From NCBI GenBank assembly GCA_965204375.1, contig OZ241986.1:4832001-4896000 (forward strand): a DNA stretch of 64,000 nucleotides. The letters run 5' to 3'. A model generated the notes under the pieces. That model was not told the origin of the DNA and did not search any database. It saw nothing but the letters and a program-made list of their open reading frames with translations. Shown in pieces: positions 28,078 to 38,226 of this stretch (position 1 is the first letter of the stretch; each line of letters starts with the position of its first letter). Made by a program: the position numbers and the translations under genes. This stretch comes from Candidatus Latescibacterota bacterium. Its GTDB lineage: Bacteria > Latescibacterota > UBA2968.

Positions 28078-29196
28078 ATGTTTAAGTCCTTAAAATACAG
28101 ATTGCGCCCGACGAAAAAACAGGAGAAAATCCTGACGACGCATAGTGAAGAATGTCGCTTGCTGTACAACCAGCTTCTTTGTGTGAGAGTACAAGCATGG
28201 CAGCAAAAGCATCAGTCTTTGTCCTGCTATGACCAGATAAAAACCATTCCATTGATGAAGAAACAACGACCTGAATTTACGCAAGTGTATAGTCAGGTGT
28301 TGCAACAGGTCGCGGTACGGGTTGATCTTGCATTCAAGGCGTTCTTTCGTCGTGTCAAAGAGCGGGCAAAGACGGGTGAGAAAGCAGGCTTTCCCAGATA
28401 CAAAGGTCAGAATCGCTATGATTCTATCACCTATCCTCAGTTTTCCAACGGATGCCGATTGGACGATAAGGGCTTGCGATTGGGTAAGATAGGCTGTATT
28501 CGGATTGTCCAGCACAGACCCCTTGAGGGTATGCCTAAGTCTTGCACGCTCAGGCGCACAGCCACGGGCAAGTGGTTTGTTACTATCTCTTGTGACATAG
28601 GCGACGTGCCTAAAAAAACAGACGCTGGTCCCGCCGTTGGCATTGACGTGGGACTTGATAATTTTGCTATGTTTTCTGATAGAGAAAAGATCGCTAATCC
28701 TCGCTTTTTTCGTAAAGAGGAAAAGGCACTTGCCAAAGCACAGCGCAAGTGGGACAAAGTAAAAAAAGCGTCGCCAAAGAAACGAGAGAAAGCACGTAAG
28801 ACTGTTGCCAGAGTGCATGAGCGTATCCGTAATAGACGACATAATTTTGTGCATCAAGAAGCTCGAAAAGTCGTCAATAAGTATGGCTTTGTTGCAACAG
28901 AAAAATTAGACGCTAAAAAGATGCAAAAGAATCGTCGCTTGTCAAAAAGCATCTCAGATGCAGCGTGGTTCCTGTTTCGGCATTGTCTCGAATACAAAGC
29001 GGAAGAAGCTGGTATTGGATTCAAGCCTGTTGATCCTGAATACACGTCACAAGATTGCTCTTCTTGTGGACATAGACAGAAGAAAGCACTCTCTGATCGT
29101 GTGCATCATTGCAAAAAGTGTGGCTATACCACTGACAGAGACCACAATGCTGCGCTAAACATATTGACTTTGGGATTACAAAGTCAGGTGGATTGA
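28078..29196 (+). CDS. tnpB: RNA-guided endonuclease TnpB
   Basis: KYRLRPT N-terminus; RuvC GIDVG, TEKL, DRDHNAALNI; Zn ribbon CSSC/CKKC. Confidence 0.92.
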   Translation: MFKSLKYRLRPTKKQEKILTTHSEECRLLYNQLLCVRVQAWQQKHQSLSCYDQIKTIPLMKKQRPEFTQVYSQVLQQVAVRVDLAFKAFFRRVKERAKTGEKAGFPRYKGQNRYDSITYPQFSNGCRLDDKGLRLGKIGCIRIVQHRPLEGMPKSCTLRRTATGKWFVTISCDIGDVPKKTDAGPAVGIDVGLDNFAMFSDREKIANPRFFRKEEKALAKAQRKWDKVKKASPKKREKARKTVARVHERIRNRRHNFVHQEARKVVNKYGFVATEKLDAKKMQKNRRLSKSISDAAWFLFRHCLEYKAEEAGIGFKPVDPEYTSQDCSSCGHRQKKALSDRVHHCKKCGYTTDRDHNAALNILTLGLQSQVD

Positions 29197-29257
29197 CCGC
29201 CAAGAAGCCCAACTGCTTTAGCGTTGGGAGTAATCACTTGAAAGAGTACTAATTCCC

Positions 29258-30640
29258 TCATATCACTGTCCGTTTCCATCTACCCTTTAGATAGGACGCC
29301 CAGACCAGAACGCCCTGAAGGATGCCGCCAATCAGCCAGGCAATCCAGATGCCGAGGGTATCCATCCCAAACAGAAAAGATAGGACATAGGACAACGGCA
29401 GCATAACCACCCATTGCGCCAAAATCGTGTAATAGAGCGGAGGCCTGGTCTCACCGCCACCCGCCAGGACGCCTGCGGACACGATGGACAACGCGGAGAA
29501 AACCTGTGCAATCGTAAAAAACCAGAGCATGACGTAGCCCATATCAATGACGGCTACCGAATCGGTGAACAGATCGACGATTTCTCGGGCGAAGGTACAG
29601 ATGATAATAGCGCAAACAACGACAAACACCATGCAGAGGCGAATCGTGCTTGCCCCAAAGCGTTCCGCTTGCGGTATTTGCTTTGCGCCCAATCGCTGCC
29701 CAACCAGAGCAGTTGCCGCTACGCCAAAAGCCAGCGCTGGCATAATGCCGATCATCCGCATCTGTAGCCCAATCGTCAGCGCGGCGACCGCAGTAGTGGG
29801 CTGCGAGGTCCAACTCGCCACCCGATAAAACAGGATACGCGCGCCATTGCGGAAAAATCCCTGAATGCCCGCCGGCACCCCGATTCGCATCATCCGCCCG
29901 ATAATATCGCGGTTAAAAGACAGACGCCAGGTCCAGCGCATCTGCACACGCGAGCGCCCGGAAGTAAGCAACCAGAAACCGACAATACAACCGACAGCCC
30001 GCGACGCGAGCGTACCAACTGCAGCACCACAAACCCCCATCTGCGGTAGCCCCCAGGCACCAAAGATCAAGCCATAGGTGAGGGGAAGCTTCAAAACTAT
30101 AATAAGACACGAAATTTTTAACGGCGTTCGGGTATCGCCAGCGCCACCAAAAATCGCGCTGATGAGATAATTGAGCATCATAAAGATGACGCCGCCAAAG
30201 TAGATGCGCAGGAAGGGTACGGCATGACCGAGCACCTCGGGCTGTGCCCCCAACAAGATCAACGTGGGGCGGGCGATCAAGCCCCCGAGCAAAGCCATGA
30301 CAACGGCCAGCAGTGCCCCCATCAGAATGGCCTGTTGCGCCGTATGGCTGAGGTCCTCGTGGCGCTCGGCTCCGTAAAATTGGGCGACCAGAGTACGCGA
30401 CCCGGTGCTGATCGACATCGCCATGACCATCGTCAGAAACAGAATTTGCCGACTGAGTCCCACCGCTGAAATCGCTTCCGGACCCAATTGCCCGACCATG
30501 GAGATATCGATGAGGCCCTCCATGGCATCGAGCATCGATGCAGCCACCACGGGCCAGGCAATAGCCCAGACCTGGGGCAGGACAGGCGTCTGATCTATGG
30601 GCGTTGCAGGCGTGCGGGAAGCCGATCTGGATCGGGGCAT
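29258..30640 (-). CDS. MATE family efflux transporter
   Basis: 12-TM two-repeat pattern; DISMVGQLG, GAGDTRTP, MGVCGAAVGT, GQRLGA. Confidence 0.9.
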   Translation of the reverse strand: MPRSRSASRTPATPIDQTPVLPQVWAIAWPVVAASMLDAMEGLIDISMVGQLGPEAISAVGLSRQILFLTMVMAMSISTGSRTLVAQFYGAERHEDLSHTAQQAILMGALLAVVMALLGGLIARPTLILLGAQPEVLGHAVPFLRIYFGGVIFMMLNYLISAIFGGAGDTRTPLKISCLIIVLKLPLTYGLIFGAWGLPQMGVCGAAVGTLASRAVGCIVGFWLLTSGRSRVQMRWTWRLSFNRDIIGRMMRIGVPAGIQGFFRNGARILFYRVASWTSQPTTAVAALTIGLQMRMIGIMPALAFGVAATALVGQRLGAKQIPQAERFGASTIRLCMVFVVVCAIIICTFAREIVDLFTDSVAVIDMGYVMLWFFTIAQVFSALSIVSAGVLAGGGETRPPLYYTILAQWVVMLPLSYVLSFLFGMDTLGIWIAWLIGGILQGVLVWASYLKGRWKRTVI

Positions 30641-30648
30641 AGATGTGC

Positions 30649-32373
30649 TCAGTCGGCAGTTGGGTGGGAAATAGTGGGGAGCACGAGCCGCGAAGGATGG
30701 GCTGCCGAGTGATGTATGGCATTCGTCGCCCTCACCAGCTCGGTATCTGCCAGATCGTTCCTTCCCGTATTGTGATTGCGATCGTGATTGGGGAAATCGC
30801 TGGATGTGATCTCCAGACGGATGCGATGGCCCGGTTCAAAACGGCAGGCCGTTGGACCGAGTTGGACGCGCAACGCCACCACTGTCCCCGATTCCAACAG
30901 CTCTTCAACGTCGAGACCGTTGCGGTGACGCGCGCGCACCATGCCGTAGCACACCTCCAGCGCGGGGGCCTGGTCCCCGTCCGTGGACGGATATTCGTCA
31001 ATCAGGCGCGCAAAGAAGTCCGTATCTGGCGCTGACGAACTGACAAAGAGGACAGCTTCTGGATAGCCGGCAATCTCCACGGCTTCAGTCAGGGGCGCGG
31101 AGCGGTAGCAGAGGATGTCATCGCGATCCTCCAGCAGGCGCCGGTCCGACGGACCTGTAAACAACTGCTTCGTCCACAAGGTCGGCACCGGGTCGTGAGG
31201 ATCGTAGTCAAAGTGATCGACCTCGACATCGCCATTTCCACCGTCGGCAGAGAGCCGCCCGGAACCGCCAAATCCGGCATTGCCGTCGCTGCTCAATAAA
31301 TACGCGCAAGGTGTCGTGTTCGGCGGCGGCCAGGTATCGGCCTCGCGCCAATATCCCCCCTTCCCTGACATCGCGAAATAGCGCACTGCTGGCTCGCGAT
31401 CAATGCCATTGTCGTCTTCTTTGAGCCAGTAGTCGAACCAGCGGATAATCAGGCTCGGCAGATCGAGCTCGGCATCCGGGCCAAAGTCAAACTCCGCCAC
31501 CTGCCGGCTACCGAGACCCGGATGGTTCCACGGGCCGGCGACCAGCTTTGTCTGCGACCGCGCACCCTCGGTGCGACCGTTGCGCTGCATCAGTTGCAGA
31601 TGCCGCATCGAGCCATTGCAGTGATCGTACCAGCCGCTGAAGTCGAGATTTGGCACCGCGACTTCTCCGTGTACCTCGTCGAACCGCCACGCCCGCCGGT
31701 TTGGGTGCTCGAGCCAGTCTCTCGCGTACTCCGCCAGCCCCGGCGGCAGATGGCGCGGTAAATCGAGCCACGGCAGGTAGTCGAGCCATTGTTTTTCGAC
31801 ATCCTCGTTCCATCCCTCCAGCGCTTCCGCTGGCGTGTGCGGCGGCGGCAATCCCTGGCGTCGCCGAAGGTCCGGAGCCATGGAAGTGAGCCACCACTTG
31901 ATACGCCGTCCCGGGCGAAACCCGCCCGGCCAATCGACCTCTGTCAATTCCAGTGGAATGGTGTACGCGCACATCGCCACCAGATGCGGCGGGCGCAATT
32001 TTGCCAACTGCCACTGCATCCAGGCATTATAAGAGGCTCCCAGAGTACCGACTCTGCCGTTGCACCAGGACTGCGCTGCCAGCCACTCTACAGAATCGTA
32101 ACCGTCTTCGGCGTCCCCCGTATGCACCTCGGTAAACGGTATCCAATCGCCCTCAGAGCCGTAACGCCCGCGCGAATCCATACTCACCACGGCGTAACCG
32201 GCACGCACATAACGCTCAAATCCGGACTTTGGACGGCCATAAGGCGTGCGCAGCAAAATTCCAGGGAAGCGTCCCTCCGCATCGGGACGGAACACATGTG
32301 CCGCCATCCGCATCCCATCGCGCATCGGCACCCATACATCAGTCTCAGTAAGAATTTCCATAGCATTATTCAT
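30649..32373 (-). CDS. CocE/NonD family serine hydrolase
   Basis: VPMRDG, RTPYG, DSRGRYGSEG, GASY nucleophile, GWYD, GPWNH, HRIRLEITSSDFP. Confidence 0.9.
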   Translation of the reverse strand: MNNAMEILTETDVWVPMRDGMRMAAHVFRPDAEGRFPGILLRTPYGRPKSGFERYVRAGYAVVSMDSRGRYGSEGDWIPFTEVHTGDAEDGYDSVEWLAAQSWCNGRVGTLGASYNAWMQWQLAKLRPPHLVAMCAYTIPLELTEVDWPGGFRPGRRIKWWLTSMAPDLRRRQGLPPPHTPAEALEGWNEDVEKQWLDYLPWLDLPRHLPPGLAEYARDWLEHPNRRAWRFDEVHGEVAVPNLDFSGWYDHCNGSMRHLQLMQRNGRTEGARSQTKLVAGPWNHPGLGSRQVAEFDFGPDAELDLPSLIIRWFDYWLKEDDNGIDREPAVRYFAMSGKGGYWREADTWPPPNTTPCAYLLSSDGNAGFGGSGRLSADGGNGDVEVDHFDYDPHDPVPTLWTKQLFTGPSDRRLLEDRDDILCYRSAPLTEAVEIAGYPEAVLFVSSSAPDTDFFARLIDEYPSTDGDQAPALEVCYGMVRARHRNGLDVEELLESGTVVALRVQLGPTACRFEPGHRIRLEITSSDFPNHDRNHNTGRNDLADTELVRATNAIHHSAAHPSRLVLPTISHPTAD

Positions 32374-33257
32374 CGCACAGGCTCCGTATCAATAGTACCT
32401 ATCGGCACCTCCAGCAGGTCCTCTCCGAGGATCACCTGACCGTCGAAAACCTCTCCCACCTCGTGCAGCACCCGCTCCCGCACGCCGGGCGTTTCCAACT
32501 GCTCCGTCAAATGAACGAGCACCAGCGTCTCGACGCCGGCATCTCGCGCTGTAGTCGCCGCATCGAGGTGACCCGAGCAGCAACTCGTCAGGCGTTCGTC
32601 ATCGACCGCGCCATTGATGAAATGGCACATGTGCAGCAGCACATCCGCACTTCTTGCCAGATCCGTAAGCCGATCCACTGGCGCTGTATCGCCGCCAAAT
32701 ACGATGGTACCATCAGGTGTAGTCAAACGATATGCCAAACAGGTGAGTTGGGGCTGCACGTGTACCACCTCTGCCACATCGACCTGCCAGTTATCGGTCT
32801 CGATCCGATCTCCGGATCCGACCTCGCGCACCTGTGGATTGGGCCTCTTCCGCGGCATGGTGCCGCCGCGCGCCTCGTACACGAAATGGCTACCCGGGTG
32901 CAAGGTGCGGGCAGCCAGATCCGGACCAAAGGCGCCATCGGCAGAGAACAACCGGTGCGCCATATGCGCTGTTGGCGCCGGGCCGTACACCTGCAATTCC
33001 GGTATCTGGCCGACGCTCTGATCCCAGCGCGTCAGCACCAGATAGGCAAAATCGATACAGTGGTCGTAGTGCAGATGGGTGAGGAACAGGTAGTCAATCG
33101 AGGGCAGTGCAAGACCCGCTTCGAGCATGCGCCGCACCGACGCCGGACCGCAATCGAAAATCAGGGTCTCGTCACCCGTCTGGACGAGATAGCTGGAGCC
33201 GCCGCGGTGCGCGAGCGGTGCGGGAGTACCGGTGCAGAGGAGTTGGAGTCGCGTCAT
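32370..33257 (-). CDS. MBL-fold hydrolase (RNase Z/arylsulfatase AtsA-like)
   Basis: LLCTGTP, FDCG, THLHYDH, GDT, LVLVH; start reassigned to ATG 33257. Confidence 0.8.
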   Translation of the reverse strand: MTRLQLLCTGTPAPLAHRGGSSYLVQTGDETLIFDCGPASVRRMLEAGLALPSIDYLFLTHLHYDHCIDFAYLVLTRWDQSVGQIPELQVYGPAPTAHMAHRLFSADGAFGPDLAARTLHPGSHFVYEARGGTMPRKRPNPQVREVGSGDRIETDNWQVDVAEVVHVQPQLTCLAYRLTTPDGTIVFGGDTAPVDRLTDLARSADVLLHMCHFINGAVDDERLTSCCSGHLDAATTARDAGVETLVLVHLTEQLETPGVRERVLHEVGEVFDGQVILGEDLLEVPIGTIDTEPVR

Positions 33258-33333
33258 CTCTTTTATCCTGTTTTTTCGACATAGACACCCGGACAATATC
33301 CGACAAATTTCACCAAAGTGCAATGGCAACTCT

Positions 33334-34362
33334 TCATCCTTTGTGCAACCTTCCCAGAACCCTCTGAGCCACGTCCATATTGAACTGATGTCCCCCGTCG
33401 AACCGATCCACAAACAGATCATCTATCGCACCTGCAGCCCGATACGCCTTCCGAATACGCGCCAGACCGCGCTCTGCCCAATCGTGGGGAATAAGCCGGT
33501 CCTGCGTCCCAACTTCAATCACCATAGGCCGGGGCGCGATCAAAGAAAAAATCTCCGGGGTATCGCCATAGCGGAGCAGACCGGGAATCAACTGCGCGCC
33601 GCACTGACTCAGCGCCTGATAGCGTTCCTGGTACAAATTCATACAACCGGACGGAACCGCGATCTTAATCCGGGAATCAAATGCCGAAATCATCATCGTC
33701 ATCCGCCCTCCCAGCGACAGTCCTGCGCATCCCAACCGGTCCCCATCGACAAAATCGAGCGCCTGTAAAACATCCAGAGCAGCCTCCAGATCGCAGAGAT
33801 GGAGCGCCACCACAGTAGTCCCCAGCAAAGTGGCACACATATAATTCCGGGGACAAAAATCAGTTCGGGGACCGGGATAACCGGGCCGGCGCTCTCCAAA
33901 CCCTCGAAGATCCGGCGCGAGAACCACATAGCCCTGTTCTGCAAACCCGTGCCCGAAATTGTAACTGCATTTATCGATCTCAGCCTGCCGCTCGGGCGTA
34001 TCATTAAGCCCCACCACGCTATCCTTCCCAAAATGGCCGTGCCCGTGGATACAGAGAAGACCCGGCGCTTTATCTCCCTGCGCCAGCCCCTTCGGTATTA
34101 GAAGATAAGCCGGCACAAAAACCCCGGACTCCGTCTGATAGGAAATCCGTCTGCGCACGTACAAACCGCAGTCAATCTCCTCCTCAAATTCAAGACAAAG
34201 CGCAGCCCGTTCAGGCCGTGGGCCAATCAGCCCGGTCAGCACATCTCGAAACCGCTCTCGCCAGGCGCAAAACTCCTCCTGAGTCGCACCCTCAAACAGA
34301 AGAGACGGCTGCGCCTGATCGATCAAACGAGAAAGATCGTCTTCAAAGGATAGGGGTCGCAT
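33334..34362 (-). CDS. Alpha/beta hydrolase (dienelactone hydrolase/acetyl-xylan-esterase-like)
   Basis: HGHG, PDLRGFGER, GLSLGG, LIAPRP, FDGGH; start reassigned to ATG 34362. Confidence 0.8.
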   Translation of the reverse strand: MRPLSFEDDLSRLIDQAQPSLLFEGATQEEFCAWRERFRDVLTGLIGPRPERAALCLEFEEEIDCGLYVRRRISYQTESGVFVPAYLLIPKGLAQGDKAPGLLCIHGHGHFGKDSVVGLNDTPERQAEIDKCSYNFGHGFAEQGYVVLAPDLRGFGERRPGYPGPRTDFCPRNYMCATLLGTTVVALHLCDLEAALDVLQALDFVDGDRLGCAGLSLGGRMTMMISAFDSRIKIAVPSGCMNLYQERYQALSQCGAQLIPGLLRYGDTPEIFSLIAPRPMVIEVGTQDRLIPHDWAERGLARIRKAYRAAGAIDDLFVDRFDGGHQFNMDVAQRVLGRLHKG

Positions 34363-34561
34363 AGAATGCTCCTTTAGGATGAAACCGCCGCAGGGGGAGG
34401 TACAATCGCTGGCGTTTTCCATTTGGACATAGATGGAAGAATCCAGGAGCAAGATAGTGTGTCGTGTCTGCAAAAACAAGCGAGGATTTCCTTTGACATC
34501 CCTTTGTCACACCTGTACTTTGCGGGTGGGCTGACATTTAAAAATCTAAAGGAAAAAAACG

Positions 34562-35380
34562 GTGATTCTGGGACTGGCATCGCCAACCTACAGCGGTATT
34601 CTCCCTGAGCAGGCACCGCTATTGTGGTTGCTGGACCGCTGCGCGGAATACGACCTGAAGGCCATGGAGGCGCCGTTGCCCCTATCGGGGACGGACCATC
34701 CGAAGGAAGTCAAAGAGAAGGCGGCCGATCTGGGGGTGACGTGGGTGGGCTACTGGAGCGAGGATTTCGTAACGCCGGACGGGGGTGGAACCCGGTTGCG
34801 AGAGCGGGCGGAGCGGGCGTTTGACCAGGCCAGTATCGGCGGGGTGAAAACGGTCGTGATCTTTGGGAGAGGGAGCCTTCACAACCGGTTTACGCGCCAG
34901 CCCCCGCTGGCTGACCAGTTGAGCCTGGCGGCCGATCACCTGAGACCGGTGGCAGAAGCGGCGTCGGAGAGAGACATCCAACTCGCCTTGCTGCCCCACC
35001 TGGACTACCGGGGCCACGAGATGGTGTCGGTGATAGAAAAGGTGTGCCACCCAAACCTGATGATGGCGTTCGATACCGCTAATCCCTTTCCGGTCTGCGA
35101 AGAACCCGTAGCGGCCGCGAAGGTTGTGTTGCCACACACAGTGGCAGTGGCGTTCAAAGATGTACAGATCTATCCCCATCGCTCGAACGACGTGACAATC
35201 TGGGGAACGCCGATCGGGCGAGGCTCGGTCGATTTCGAGACACTTCTGCCGATGCTATCCGAACGGCTGCCCGATCCGGAAAAGACCACTGCCTGCATCA
35301 AACTGCGGCTGCCGCCCGGCAGTACCGAACACGCCGACTGGATGAACCAGAGTCTGACTTTTCTGCGGACGCATCTCTAA
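34562..35380 (+). CDS. Sugar-phosphate isomerase/epimerase (xylose isomerase-like TIM barrel)
   Basis: FDTANPFPVCEEP, AFKD, GTPIGRGSVD. Confidence 0.7.
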   Translation: MILGLASPTYSGILPEQAPLLWLLDRCAEYDLKAMEAPLPLSGTDHPKEVKEKAADLGVTWVGYWSEDFVTPDGGGTRLRERAERAFDQASIGGVKTVVIFGRGSLHNRFTRQPPLADQLSLAADHLRPVAEAASERDIQLALLPHLDYRGHEMVSVIEKVCHPNLMMAFDTANPFPVCEEPVAAAKVVLPHTVAVAFKDVQIYPHRSNDVTIWGTPIGRGSVDFETLLPMLSERLPDPEKTTACIKLRLPPGSTEHADWMNQSLTFLRTHL

Positions 35381-35400
35381 CCTCCTGGGCTGTGAACTCC

Positions 35401-36297
35401 TCAATCGCGCGCTCCCCGTATTGGATGAATCTCTCGAAACTTCTGAAACTCCCAATAGGCGTGGTCTGCCGCGTACCCGTTTGGAACCTCGTCTGTCTTT
35501 TCCAGCCGCTTGTACGCCACACGCACATGGAGCACCTGCGGTTCATCTACGGGAAGCGCGTTCACCTGCCAGTTAAAATCCCACGCGGGGCTACTCTGCC
35601 CCGGAACAATTGACCCGCCAGCACCCGAAGGAGAAAGATAGAACCGAAACCCCGGATAATCATCCGCCATAATTAAAAACATCATACTGCGAATAATGCC
35701 AAAATAAAAGGGATAATCGAAAGTATGTCCCGAATCCGAATGGCTGAAGTTCCGCTTCCCATCCAGGAATGCCGTAGCTGCATTCCGCCCCCAGGGTTCG
35801 CGTTCATCCACCGGCAGATTGGTCGGAAAAATCATCGCCCCCTGTCCGTGAATCGGATTGTAATAATAGGTCCACAACCCCTTCTCGATAAAATGGATAC
35901 CGCCATCCAGCGGAGAGTTGACATAGCAACACCATCCAAAAGAATAGTCTTCCTGTGGCCTGTGGCCCTCTCTGGCCGTAGCGGTCATTTCATAGTCAAT
36001 ATAGTGGGGTGGAACCAGTCGATAGACCCCCCGCGTCTCCACGAAATTATTGGCCTCTGATGCCTCCTTAAACAATTCCACGGCGGTCTCATCTACCCGC
36101 CGCACCGCGGGTCGTTTCCCCCGATGGTGGCCGAAAAGCAACACCCCGTTTCCCTGCGACACAGCGGTATGACCGTCTTTGACCGAAGTCAGAAACCAGA
36201 CCCCGCTGTGCTGATCCTGTCCGGCGCCGTGGTCGGTATCGTCTCCAATAATCGCGCGCAATTCGCCAGCAGAGATAAAGTAACATGGCTCAGACAT
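35401..36297 (-). CDS. Hypothetical protein
   Basis: 298-aa ORF, SD AAGGAG, aromatic-rich and beta-rich; no family recognised. Confidence 0.6.
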   Translation of the reverse strand: MSEPCYFISAGELRAIIGDDTDHGAGQDQHSGVWFLTSVKDGHTAVSQGNGVLLFGHHRGKRPAVRRVDETAVELFKEASEANNFVETRGVYRLVPPHYIDYEMTATAREGHRPQEDYSFGWCCYVNSPLDGGIHFIEKGLWTYYYNPIHGQGAMIFPTNLPVDEREPWGRNAATAFLDGKRNFSHSDSGHTFDYPFYFGIIRSMMFLIMADDYPGFRFYLSPSGAGGSIVPGQSSPAWDFNWQVNALPVDEPQVLHVRVAYKRLEKTDEVPNGYAADHAYWEFQKFREIHPIRGARD

Positions 36298-36547
36298 AAG
36301 TATTTCTCCTTATCTGTCGATAGCAGGGCCATCTGTTATCGGGAACTGATCCAAGCGTATATACCAGGTGAGCGCGGCAACACTTTTAGTCCGCCTCAGA
36401 AGGTCGGCATTATTGATCAATCAACTTGTGCCTATGCATTCCAGACGTATGGCTGGCGGAAGAGTAAACCGGAACCGTGGGAAGGAAAAGGTGAGGAAGG
36501 AAAGCACGAAGTGCCGCAGCGGTTTGACTTGAAAGCCCTTGTGTCAA

Positions 36548-36667
36548 TTAGGGGCGAGAAAGCAATACACTACCTGTTGGCCCATTGTAGGTCATTATGC
36601 AGTGCTGAAGAGTAGTCCGACCAATCAAGATATCAAAATTACTAAATGCCTTGGGAAATCCACACTC
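36548..36667 (-). pseudogene. C-terminal remnant of a retropepsin-like aspartyl protease
   Basis: ECGFPKAFSNFDILIGRTTLQHCIMTYNGPTGSVLL*; hydrophobic-LIGR...YNG ending typical of clan AA; no DTG or start codon. Confidence 0.55.
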
Positions 36668-37076
36668 AATTTGATTCACCGAAAGCTCCAAATTGAACTG
36701 ATGACGGCAAGATGAATGGGGGTTGATCTGGTCCCACGCGTCGGATTAGATAGTGTGTATCTCCTCCAACGCCATATTTTTTTCCCGCAGCTATCCATGC
36801 TTCACGGAAATCGTTAAAAATTCCGAGGAGTTTTTTGTCTCGGACGACAGCATACTTGCCAAGATGATCGCGCTCAAGTTCCTCTCGCATAGTTTCGTAT
36901 GCGGCTTTTTCCGCCCTTATCTTTTGCAAATCGCTCTTTATTTTTTGAGTGCGGTCATCGTCTTCGGGTTGGATTTCGATGGCTTGATCCACTGTCTGGC
37001 CTTCCTCTATTTTAATCATATCAATGACCCTCGCTTTCCAGTTTCTCCCGGACAGAATGCGTGTCTCTTTCTTCAA
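36666..37076 (-). CDS. DUF5678-like small protein
   Basis: YETMREELERDHLGKYAVVRDKKLLGIFNDFREAWIAAGKKYG; true start may be ATG 37019. Confidence 0.55.
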   Translation of the reverse strand: MKKETRILSGRNWKARVIDMIKIEEGQTVDQAIEIQPEDDDRTQKIKSDLQKIRAEKAAYETMREELERDHLGKYAVVRDKKLLGIFNDFREAWIAAGKKYGVGGDTHYLIRRVGPDQPPFILPSSVQFGAFGESN

Positions 37077-37336
37077 GACATAATCACTTGAGCCATCGTT
37101 TTACGGTAAACTTGCCCTGAATGCTTGTTAATAAAAAACGACAGTTTACAAAAAGAAATATGGCAAACTTTCATACAAATGACAACCCTACTTTGATAAG
37201 GGATGTATAGTTGACTTTATGTGTCAATCAGGCTATTTTTTACGACATTAAACTCCTGTATCTAAAATCTCAGTTTTTTACGCATCATAGGCCAATATAT
37301 ATGTCTCTCTCCATCCATTTATCATTACGTTAACAC

Positions 37337-37618
37337 ATGATCAAGAGTTTTGCAGACAAGCGCACCGCGGCTATCTTTGCAGGCCATACTGTTCGCGGCC
37401 TGCCTCTGCAACTCCAGCAACGAGCGCGGGCGAAGCTTCTGGCAATTGATGCTGCTAATCGGCTCAACGACCTGCTTATTCCACCTGGCAATCGTCTCGA
37501 GGCTTTGCGAGCTGATCGTAGAGGGCAATATAGTATTCGCATCAATGACCGATGGCGCATCTGCTTCGTTTGGCGCGATGGTGAATCACGGGAAGTCGAG
37601 ATCGTTGACTATCATTGA
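37337..37618 (+). CDS. higB: HigB (RelE/ParE-family) toxin
   Basis: MIKSFADK...PPGNRLEAL..DRRGQYSIRINDRWRICFVW...EIVDYH. Confidence 0.92.
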   Translation: MIKSFADKRTAAIFAGHTVRGLPLQLQQRARAKLLAIDAANRLNDLLIPPGNRLEALRADRRGQYSIRINDRWRICFVWRDGESREVEIVDYH

Positions 37619-37626
37619 GGAGGTAA

Positions 37627-38013
37627 ATGATGACCATTAAACGCGAAGAACTGGACCGGCGAAAGGTTGACTTCTCGGAAGTCACAACCGGACAGCTACT
37701 GTCTCCGGTACATCCTGGCGAGATCCTGCGCGATGAGTTCCTTATTCCGATGAATCTCAGTGTGACTCGCCTTGCTCAAGAGATCAAGGTTTCGGAGAAA
37801 GACTTAGACGCTATCGTGCATGGAATTAACGGAATTACAATCGATACCGCGCTACGCCTTGGTCACTACTTTGGCATGACGCCTGAGTTCTGGATCAATC
37901 TTCAGACCCGCTACGATCTCGATGTCGCCGAGCACACGGTACGTCGCCAAATTGAGCGGGAGATAGAACCTCTGATTGCATCCTCCATAGCACGACAGAC
38001 TGGCACAACATAA
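37627..38013 (+). CDS. higA: HigA antitoxin (HTH XRE)
   Basis: PVHPGEILRDEFL...ITIDTALRLGHYFGMTPEFWINLQTRYDL. Confidence 0.92.
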   Translation: MMTIKREELDRRKVDFSEVTTGQLLSPVHPGEILRDEFLIPMNLSVTRLAQEIKVSEKDLDAIVHGINGITIDTALRLGHYFGMTPEFWINLQTRYDLDVAEHTVRRQIEREIEPLIASSIARQTGTT

Positions 38014-38159
38014 GATGCAAAGTTGATCCGCCATCGCTGAAAATTCATGGCATCAAAAGGTTGCTCCTGTAGTCTCTCAAACAGAACACCATAGCCCGAT
38101 TTGATAGCCTTTAAACTGCCTGACCGTATCCACCCAATTTAAGACAATCTTCACCACAC

Positions 38160-38203
38160 AAAAAACAAACGCCAGTGCAACAGAACCCTGCACTGGCGTT
38201 TGT
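38160..38203 (-). terminator. Intrinsic terminator of the TBDR-cargo-PorV operon
   Basis: Perfect 15-bp IR ACAAACGCCAGTGCA / TGCACTGGCGTTTGT with a T-run on the minus strand, 23 nt after the PorV stop. Confidence 0.85.
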
Positions 38204-38226
38204 ATATTTGAAAATCTCGAACGATT

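Larger units (their letters stand above)
27866..29237 (+). mobile_element. IS200/IS605-family tnpB-only element (IS1341-like)
   Basis: Left-end hairpin CCCATCG-GCTTTAG-CGATGGG (27882-27902) after TTAT; right-end hairpin CCCAAC-TGCTTTAGC-GTTGGG ending at TCAC (29234-29237); no tnpA. Confidence 0.8.

Noticed and set aside
28078-29196. Cas12f/type V CRISPR effector
   Set aside because: No array or adaptation genes; flanked by IS200/IS605 end hairpins, so TnpB
36530-36560. LIDTRA as a degenerate aspartyl-protease DTG motif
   Set aside because: Lies downstream of and out of frame with the protease C-terminal remnant; coincidental
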